From an uncultured virus (IMG/VR IMGVR_UViG_3300025327_000020) (Duplodnaviria > Heunggongvirae > Uroviricota > Caudoviricetes): a stretch of DNA of 64,000 nt. The position numbers and the translations under genes were made by a program. This document shows, one piece after another, positions 57,901 through 64,000 of the stretch. The notes under the pieces were generated by a model. The model made no database searches. It was given only the letters and a program-made list of their open reading frames with translations, and was not told the origin of the DNA. The stretch lies in IMG/VR virus record IMGVR_UViG_3300025327_000020; one strand, given 5' to 3'. Every line of letters starts with the position of its first letter. Within the stretch, counting starts at the first letter, position 1.

Positions 57901-60005
57901 CTAGCGCGGACATGTCATTCATCGGGCTACAGACCTTGCCCTCTCTTGCTGTCAATCCTGTTGCTTTCGCAGATATGATGAAAGTCACATTCTCCAGTGC
58001 AGTCGATGGAGACGTGTACAATGCTTGGGTTCACTCGCACTTACCTCTTCTACAGGATATGATTGACGATGGTGTTCCCATGTTGGGCACCGAACTCAGC
58101 GCAACAGACCTACTAAACCGTATCGAGAAGACTGCCGGAAAATGGAGCACTAAGTACACCCCACTGTGGTTTATGAAGGGTGGAAACCATATGTGGAATA
58201 GGGCGGTGAACATGATTGGTGCTTCTCTATATGAGCAGAATCGTGCTCTTATGGAAGAGGTTGGTCACAGCAACTATCTACATCTTGCCCAGAAAGCATT
58301 TGGCCCCAATATCGTTGGCAAGGACATAACCTCTGCCAGACGTGCTTTGGCCGATGTTGTGTCGCACGGTACTGGACGACTCTCGGCCAATGACCTCATG
58401 CACCGTGGCCCAGGAATGAGGCTTCTATCTGACTCTATTCTATTCGCCGGACAATACTTTGAGTCGTACTTACGGCTCATTATGGACGCACGGCGATTAG
58501 GAATTCGTGGCAATCTTGGGCGTCGTCTCCTAGCAGGATGGGCAACTACAGCTATTGGTGGTTATGTTGCTCTATCTTATATACTAGGACAGGAACCAAA
58601 ACTAGACCCCACGAAGTATGGCTCCCAGATTCTTACTGTGCGTTTGGGAAATCAGAACGTGGGATTTGGTGGTGTATTGCAGCAGCTTATGCTCTATGGG
58701 GGCAGACTGTCAGAAGCAAAAAGTCCTCAAGATGTTTTTGATATTACTGAGAGGTTCGTCCGCAGCAAGCAATCTCCGGCCCTATCCTTTGCCTCAGACC
58801 TATTCATCAATCGTGCGGATTACATAGGGCGCAAGCTTGACACTCGTAATTCCATCCTTGCATATTTAGCCAGTCGTTTTGTCCCCTTTGTGGGCCAAGA
58901 TATGCTTCGGGAAACGCTAGCAAGGGGACTATCTGGAGATTGGAGACTCCCAGAGGAATTGAATCCTACCAATGTAATAGGGACACTTCTCGGAGGTCGG
59001 TCGTTCCCTGTCTCCAAGAAGACCCTCCGTAATGAAATCGGAGTGGAAGAGTATCGTCTAAATAATCCACAATCCAAGGAGACTGACGAGTATATTGTAG
59101 ACAACTACATAAATCCCCAAGTCTTCATGAGTGACCCTGAGAACTATCCGCGTACTATGAAGGCACAAGAAGAGGTAGATGCGTGGCAGCGAGAGACTGG
59201 TTCAAAGTGGCAGGAATATTCTGATAAGCGACAGAGTTATAATGATAATCAATTCCAGAAGGATATTGAAGATGGGGCTAAGGAAATTCAATGGGGTCGC
59301 GCTGGCGGAGGGGTAACATTTCGAGAGGATGTACTGCCAGAAGCCTATGCTGGAAAGAACTCATATAACGACCAGACACTTCTAGACCTTGGGCTCAATC
59401 CAGATGACTTGCCCGAAGTACAGGGGAACGACATCAAACTTCTGCGAGACTATCATGCACTGAATTATGATAGTTATAAGGCAGCGGATGGAATTACTCC
59501 CGACCCAGAGGGGTACAAAGCTGCTCAACAGAGTATCCTGAACCAGATGTCCCCTGCTATGAGAGGCTTCATTGAGTCTGGCAAGGATGGTAGGATTACG
59601 TCAAGGAAGGGTAAAGACGCAAATACTCGCCTAATTTCTACTCGTACTGACCTTCGACGGTGGTTTGATGCTCCGAAATATAAGGGACTCACTGGAGACG
59701 AAAGTAAACAGGTTGACCAACTCCTTGAGTGGGCCTCTACTCTACACGACATGGCAACTCTATCCGGTGTATCCATCGACCGCCGAAAGATTATAGCAAT
59801 GATGGGGTCTATTCCTCAATATTCTAAGCTTGCTGCTGTCGCCTTCTTCGCTACCTTCGAGGGTCTGAAGAGTATGGTTCTCAGCGATGAGCAGGAAAAG
59901 ATAACGATGTCCAACGGGGATTTGGCAGTTTTCTACCCATTCACCTACGAAGATTTATCTGACGAACTCAAGGTAGACTGGGCAAAACTGTATGGAATGA
60001 GATAA
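54975..60005 (+). CDS. Large internal virion / DNA-ejection protein
   Basis: 1676 aa; motifs shared with 20125..23931. Confidence 0.7.
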   Translation: MLPGFASKKKRAKQLQTEAAMRTFRQVEQQTQPRRLVPFSTRTAAGTPFDLSFQREDPDYAREGIERLKKLREHATLSVQGKVPPDLETPEQRTQHFILNYAGIRARQGLDFDSAIDEAVQNAVAHGIPEKYARDEAERNRGFWSKLGGALLKEGDFIADVAIRDTVHDIESAFNRTRRFKGVLPLLKGEEPFMTEREAEEHFGPSLDISRELQARLDAADEAKVLSRPVVLGAQEALARTLEGRGGRENVLSRAVRSRAVTEVGAELLNPIYLVSALPFLSLRPGVSGARATADVISQLVATGLEPGAAVGFYKGFRAIGKGTLRATLRGLAKGTVQTLEKERGTRLAAGILGEADPKAQGLAFSRWVMNEDDPYEAGVKWARATNSGVETAVTNVEDLAARQRTLTDLIQEKEINPLTGRPTQEPPTIKSPMRVQIEDEIKAGKTAEELLDETTARIAESPRLAGEEVGDVSDSLSKAGIPEDVARLLTDPENLYPKGTQVSITKGPLSGQTGKITSYTKVTNSYKIRVGKKTTDLQAKFFDAIEDIEQQAGKITSEVDDIGVHTNISSILDESDNAARAQRSADLGADEVTGEPVRPSSDPAIPHPDKIPDKVMTKEAREAMYRVIDKIRRTQSWTAVVQSAMEHEMRALDVDLETGLIRTATPKDGVSSTHWAEVLSDPDKYDFVGAEASDIEKAIRSYNLFTFQSVEDGVRAGIFDDAFLNFIKPDGKRYVHRVAISIEQDGEVIELRRSSRHGPLGQKQSHQMPRTRETIDEAGRPEVVYLNNPSAALAEFIEEVNYRIAVKELANDLEKYAVTPHAQQATRVAYDEAREKAQSLSTQLEDLTRTRLVMLDEERLAEAAGEVKNAERLRSNLTAIELDLDQTNKELKTARSQAKRLQKTVAYEKKTFRSINIELQGIREPFAGGKLYPKSVADTVERTLRLNHRGIVYGTAVKGLELLREVNKVFKPVWASADMSFIGLQTLPSLAVNPVAFADMMKVTFSSAVDGDVYNAWVHSHLPLLQDMIDDGVPMLGTELSATDLLNRIEKTAGKWSTKYTPLWFMKGGNHMWNRAVNMIGASLYEQNRALMEEVGHSNYLHLAQKAFGPNIVGKDITSARRALADVVSHGTGRLSANDLMHRGPGMRLLSDSILFAGQYFESYLRLIMDARRLGIRGNLGRRLLAGWATTAIGGYVALSYILGQEPKLDPTKYGSQILTVRLGNQNVGFGGVLQQLMLYGGRLSEAKSPQDVFDITERFVRSKQSPALSFASDLFINRADYIGRKLDTRNSILAYLASRFVPFVGQDMLRETLARGLSGDWRLPEELNPTNVIGTLLGGRSFPVSKKTLRNEIGVEEYRLNNPQSKETDEYIVDNYINPQVFMSDPENYPRTMKAQEEVDAWQRETGSKWQEYSDKRQSYNDNQFQKDIEDGAKEIQWGRAGGGVTFREDVLPEAYAGKNSYNDQTLLDLGLNPDDLPEVQGNDIKLLRDYHALNYDSYKAADGITPDPEGYKAAQQSILNQMSPAMRGFIESGKDGRITSRKGKDANTRLISTRTDLRRWFDAPKYKGLTGDESKQVDQLLEWASTLHDMATLSGVSIDRRKIIAMMGSIPQYSKLAAVAFFATFEGLKSMVLSDEQEKITMSNGDLAVFYPFTYEDLSDELKVDWAKLYGMR

Positions 60006-60018
60006 TTCTGTGCAGGAC

Positions 60019-60047
60019 TTGACAAACTTGCCTAAGTGTGTTATAAT
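60019..60047 (+). promoter_or_regulatory. sigma70-type promoter for the scaffold/capsid operon
   Basis: TTGACA-17-TATAAT, TGn. Confidence 0.85.
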
Positions 60048-60090
60048 GAAGATTAGGTAAGAATGATTAGTTTCAAGACAGGAGGTTTCC

Positions 60091-60831
60091 ATGCTGGACG
60101 AGGATACGACTTCCACCGAGGAGTCTACCGACCAGACGAAAGAGACAACCGACGAGACTACATCCGATGCGACGGATAAGACCGTAACATTGACCGATGA
60201 GCAGATTGCTTCTTTGGTTAAGGATGAACGGCTCGCAAAAATAATTCAGTCCGAGGCCGACAAGAGGGCTGCGACTATCGAGAAGCGTATGCGAGTGGAG
60301 CAGAGCCAAAGGCTTGCTGCTTCCAAAGCACAGCGCGAACAGGATGAGTTGCTGTCCTTAGTTGACGATGAGGACTATGAGGGTTTAGGTAAGCGCACTG
60401 CCCAGACTCTCCAAAGTACAAGGAGTATGCAGGATGCAGCAGTGCAGTTCTCAGGTGCGCTAGAGGGTATTCTAAAGGAACACCCTGAATTCCGTGGGTT
60501 AGGACAAGACAGGATTGATGAGGTTTACCAAGATGTCATTGATAAGCAAGGCAACGTGGTAGATTTCATGATTGGTCTATCTAAGGCACGGGAATCACAG
60601 GCGATAGAGGTGTCCATCGCCACGGCTCAAAAAGCTTTTGCTGCAGAATTGGATGCCAAACTAACAGAATATGGACTCTCTCGCAGAGACAAAGAGGGCG
60701 GGCCTGACGAAAATGTGTCAGGAGCCACAGGTAATGTGGCAACGGCTGACGAGGATGCACTCCTCGAAAACCCGAACACACCAACCAAAGTCCTCAAGGA
60801 AATTCTTGCCAAGCGGGGGATACAAACTTAA
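60091..60831 (+). CDS. Capsid scaffolding protein
   Basis: Acidic Thr-rich N-terminus, IQSEADKR coiled coil, before the capsid gene. Confidence 0.75.
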   Translation: MLDEDTTSTEESTDQTKETTDETTSDATDKTVTLTDEQIASLVKDERLAKIIQSEADKRAATIEKRMRVEQSQRLAASKAQREQDELLSLVDDEDYEGLGKRTAQTLQSTRSMQDAAVQFSGALEGILKEHPEFRGLGQDRIDEVYQDVIDKQGNVVDFMIGLSKARESQAIEVSIATAQKAFAAELDAKLTEYGLSRRDKEGGPDENVSGATGNVATADEDALLENPNTPTKVLKEILAKRGIQT

Positions 60832-60846
60832 TAAAGGAAAATAGAA

Positions 60847-61725
60847 ATGGCATCAGGAGAAACCAATACTGGTTCTCTAGGCGATAGTCTACCTACGATG
60901 GTTGCCTCGGCCCGTATCGTGCGAGAGTACGAGGGCACGGTGCAGCGGCTCGTAGAGAACCAGACTCTCGGAGAAGGGACTGGGTTGTCCTGGCGTGAGG
61001 TTAGTTTCGCTGCTCTGGCAAGTCAGAATATCACTGAAACGACACAGTTGGATAACCCTCAGCAGCTTTCGGACGCTCTCATCTCCGTCACCCCGTCCGT
61101 TATCGGAATTCACACAGTCGTTACCGACCGAGTGAAGGCTCGCATCGCCAAGAACGCTCTTGCGAAGATTGGTGGGCTGGCTCAGAACGCGGTTGAGAGG
61201 AAGAAGGCACAGGACGGGCACACAATGCTCGACGGTGCTACGACCTCTCTCCCTGGTACTGGTAACACTCTCACTTCTGGCCACATTGCGGCTGCGGCCT
61301 CCCGTGCCCGCCTTGGCGGAACAGCAGAACCCTCCAACCCCCCACACTACGCTGTCCTTCACCCCTATCAGATTAAAGACCTGTTCGATGTGGTGACGGC
61401 TGGTGTTGGTACATACAACATCCCCGAAGGTGAAACCGCCCGTGTCTTCAAGGAAGGCTTTAGAGGTTCCATCTCCGGTGTTCAGATTTTCGAGGACAAC
61501 CTTCTGGCAGCGGACGCAACTCCAGATGTCAAGGGTGGTGTCTTCGCCAAGGAAGCGATTATTCTCGTGCAGGGTCGCTCTCCTCGGATGGTTAACCTGC
61601 GTAACGAAAAGCTCGGCGGTGGTGCCGACGAAGTCATCCTCTACGATGAGTACGCCTATGGCGAACGTTCAGTTGGCAACTGGCTGTACGAAATCATGAG
61701 TGATGCTACCGCACCCACGTCGTAA
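60847..61725 (+). CDS. Major capsid protein (HK97 fold)
   Basis: AVLHPYQ, GSISGVQIFEDN, YAYGE; position after the scaffold. Confidence 0.88.
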   Translation: MASGETNTGSLGDSLPTMVASARIVREYEGTVQRLVENQTLGEGTGLSWREVSFAALASQNITETTQLDNPQQLSDALISVTPSVIGIHTVVTDRVKARIAKNALAKIGGLAQNAVERKKAQDGHTMLDGATTSLPGTGNTLTSGHIAAAASRARLGGTAEPSNPPHYAVLHPYQIKDLFDVVTAGVGTYNIPEGETARVFKEGFRGSISGVQIFEDNLLAADATPDVKGGVFAKEAIILVQGRSPRMVNLRNEKLGGGADEVILYDEYAYGERSVGNWLYEIMSDATAPTS

Positions 61726-61765
61726 CCCAATCACCTCAGGACGAGGTAGAAAGGACAACTAAATA

Positions 61766-62566
61766 ATGGCCATTCAGGACGAATTTGGCCGAATAGGATT
61801 TTTCGAGGACTTTGGTGGTTATAATGCCACCGCCTCAATTGCAGACGCAACAGCGGGCACACGGTATAACCAAATCTCTTTGGTTGCCGTGAGCGGTGCT
61901 GTTGACTTCATCAACACAGTAGACGAGTCCGGTGGTGTTGCTTCCTTCAGTGGCGCTGCCGGAGCCGGTGACGGTATTGCTATGTTCGGTGCGCCGATGC
62001 AGCCCTCCACCAACGGTACTATTAGTATGGGTGCGCGGTTCAAGGGTGCCTCAGCGACAGACCTGCGTGTATTCGTGGGTTGGGCCGAGACGGTTGCCTT
62101 GGCCGAGCCCATTAACCCGTTCACTCTGAGTGGCTCGACTCTGACTTCAAACGATGCTGGTAACGCGGTTGGTTTCTACGCTGACACGGGTGCCACCACG
62201 GATGACTTCAGATTCCACTACTCACTGGACGGGGCAGAGGCCACGACCGCTGCCCTCGATTTTGCTCGTGAGGGCTCGACCACGCTTGGTGCCTTGGGTA
62301 TCCGCGCTGGTTGCACTATCACTGCAGATTCGTGGTACGTCGCTAAGGTCGAGATTGCTCCTAGCGGTAAGTGCTCTGGCTACTTCGGTGGGCCTGGGAT
62401 GGGGAACCAGCTTGGGTTGACCCCTGTTGCCGAACTTAGGGCAGGTACTTTCGACCAGACGGCGCTAGTTTACCCCGTGCTGTATCTCCTGGCGGAATCT
62501 ACAGGTGACCCTCTTCTGGAGTGTGACTACTTCTGGGCACGGGGCTTCCGTGAGTGGACTACGTAA
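61766..62566 (+). CDS. Probable capsid decoration/minor capsid protein
   Basis: Beta-rich, FFEDF N-terminus, CDY C-terminus; follows the capsid gene. Confidence 0.55.
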   Translation: MAIQDEFGRIGFFEDFGGYNATASIADATAGTRYNQISLVAVSGAVDFINTVDESGGVASFSGAAGAGDGIAMFGAPMQPSTNGTISMGARFKGASATDLRVFVGWAETVALAEPINPFTLSGSTLTSNDAGNAVGFYADTGATTDDFRFHYSLDGAEATTAALDFAREGSTTLGALGIRAGCTITADSWYVAKVEIAPSGKCSGYFGGPGMGNQLGLTPVAELRAGTFDQTALVYPVLYLLAESTGDPLLECDYFWARGFREWTT

Positions 62567-62578
62567 CAATTGAATAGC

Positions 62579-62636
62579 AAGGCTTACGAGGGGTGAGCCT
62601 AGTGAAATCACCCCTCACCTATCAAGTGCAGCCTTA
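62579..62636 (+). promoter_or_regulatory. Intergenic hairpin after the capsid genes
   Basis: gaggggtga/tcacccctc inner stem, aaggct/agcctt outer stem. Confidence 0.55.
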
Positions 62637-62658
62637 GCTGCTAGGAAAGGAAAACGAA

Positions 62659-63207
62659 ATGGCAACAAGTCCTGTTCATAAGGGATGGTTGCGTGATATT
62701 CATAATGGTCGCCTCGCGGCTGTTTACAACGGCACTGAGGTTTTTGACTTTGATGCAAACGATTTGGACGTAGCAGTTGCCGCTATCTTTTCGGCTGATG
62801 TTAAATTTGAACTAACCATTACTGCTGGTGCAGATGGTGTTGGTGCAGATGGGGAGCAGCTTACCTCTGGTGGTGCTGCTGCCGAGTGTGATTGGGCCGC
62901 TGCCGCCTGCCTCCGTGAATATAAGAATGTTCAGGGGGAACGAACCGATGCACAGGAAGTGCTCTCTCAGATAATTGCAACTCCTGTGTATGACTTCCAG
63001 TACAAGAGTAAGGCTGAGAGTGATGAGCATGTTATCTCTACGGGCGACCTAACCACTACATACACGGGAATCATGGCTGACGAAGCTCCGTGGGCAACAC
63101 ATTACAAGGGGCGGATTCTTAACCCCATCAACACGTTTGGGTACACCGTTTTGGCTATCAAGGCTCTGAACGAGAAGATTGCCAAGCTTGAGACGATGGT
63201 TAGTTAA
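62659..63207 (+). CDS. Short fibre protein with C-terminal intramolecular chaperone (peptidase S74-like) domain
   Basis: CLREYKNV...VYDFQYK...GIMADEAP...VLAIKALNEKIAKLE. Confidence 0.75.
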   Translation: MATSPVHKGWLRDIHNGRLAAVYNGTEVFDFDANDLDVAVAAIFSADVKFELTITAGADGVGADGEQLTSGGAAAECDWAAAACLREYKNVQGERTDAQEVLSQIIATPVYDFQYKSKAESDEHVISTGDLTTTYTGIMADEAPWATHYKGRILNPINTFGYTVLAIKALNEKIAKLETMVS

Positions 63208-63327
63208 TATCATGAACGTACCTATAGAGTTTCTATTTCAACTATATGGTGAGGCTATGGTCAAAATCCGTCTATTGGAAAATGAAATTCTTAGGTTGTC
63301 CGAGCCAGAGAAAGAAAAGGAAGAATA

Positions 63328-63516
63328 GTGTTCTTCGAGGTAGCGACAGAGGAGGATGAGGCTCGCCTAGCCGAGATTCTCAAACGTGAAGAGAAACTAC
63401 TCAAAACTAGGCAAAACTTAGATGAAAGGATAAGGGAGAAAAACGGTGGAAGGGCTTACGTTTCCAGCGACCGTAGTGTACGCCGACGAATTGGCATACG
63501 GTCTATCCGAAGTTAA
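63328..63516 (+). CDS. Small hypothetical protein
   Basis: aaaagga SD, coiled coil. Confidence 0.4.
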   Translation: MFFEVATEEDEARLAEILKREEKLLKTRQNLDERIREKNGGRAYVSSDRSVRRRIGIRSIRS

Positions 63517-63850
63517 CCTCCTCTCTCCTCTGTCGGATGCCATCACGGGAGTGGGGCAGACAATGCGCCGCTACCAAATCATCATAGTAAATCGTAACGA
63601 CCAATTGGCTGAATACCGAGAGGACTTGGGTTTGGCCTCAGACTTCGACGCTATTCAGTTCCGTATTCCCAGCTTTTGGGTACATACAGTGGGAGAGCTA
63701 AAGGAAATGGCTGAAACCCTGCGACTGAACGAGCCAAGTTACTTGCACGAGGCGATACCAGTGCCAGATTCCGAGAAGTTCTGGCGAAGGTACAACGACT
63801 TGAACGAGGGAATTAGGGCATACAGAAAGGGGAAAAAGCACTATGCCTAA
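63446..63850 (+). CDS. Hypothetical protein
   Basis: agggag SD before GTG; virion-operon context. Confidence 0.6.
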   Translation: MEGLTFPATVVYADELAYGLSEVNLLSPLSDAITGVGQTMRRYQIIIVNRNDQLAEYREDLGLASDFDAIQFRIPSFWVHTVGELKEMAETLRLNEPSYLHEAIPVPDSEKFWRRYNDLNEGIRAYRKGKKHYA

Positions 63851-64000
63851 GGACAATCAGAACATGGCACCTGACTCCGACGACAACGAGGAAATCATTG
63901 CCTTCCTTCAGGGAGACATGGACAGGGCACAGGAACCAGGGGATATGCCGCCTGGAACTATTGTAGACACAGGAAAGAGTGAGGAAACTCCCTTCCCAAG
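63843..64000 (+). CDS. Hypothetical protein, truncated by the window end
   Basis: MPKDNQNMAPDSDDNEE... open to the edge. Confidence 0.5.
   Translation, partial: MPKDNQNMAPDSDDNEEIIAFLQGDMDRAQEPGDMPPGTIVDTGKSEETPFP

Larger units (their letters stand above)
41272..64000. mobile_element. Phage B, partial genome
   Basis: Second, divergent TerS/TerL/portal/scaffold/capsid set; left boundary uncertain. Confidence 0.85.

Noticed and set aside
1..64000. Stop-codon recoding suggested by abundant TAG
   Set aside because: Hallmark genes are full length in the standard code and many end at TAG
1..64000. tRNA or rRNA genes
   Set aside because: No cloverleaf with a T-loop consensus or rRNA-like stretch recognised; tRNAscan would be needed to be certain

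Overview
The window is entirely bacteriophage DNA and holds two different tailed-phage genomes joined end to end. Phage A (1..41370) looks like a complete circular genome of 41,271 bp, because bases 1..99 are identical to 41272..41370. It has a leftward early/replication arm: 3D-domain protein, ERCC4 nuclease, AAA_24 ATPase, Cas4-like nuclease, a Tad1-like anti-defence sponge, many tiny ORFs, DUF2786 and an MCM-like ATPase. It also has a rightward podovirus-type virion and lysis arm: TerS, TerL, portal, large internal virion protein, scaffold, capsid, cement, fibres, adaptor/nozzle, GH25-LysM endolysin and holin. A leftward block follows with PolA, a stand-alone RNR C-terminal (TSCPD-type) domain and a DNA methylase. 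I saw no integrase or primase. Phage B (about 41272..64000, truncated by the window edge) has a DinG-like helicase, two Cys-rich proteins (one with a CX5R phosphatase domain), a structured early control region, and a second TerS/TerL/portal/internal protein/scaffold/capsid set. The join is most simply an assembly chimera through a shared gene, but a real cointegrate cannot be excluded from sequence alone. Both phages appear to lack GATC and use consensus sigma70 promoters. Recalled marker families suggest a Chloroflexota (Dehalococcoidia) host. All family calls come from motif recognition by eye; no database was searched.
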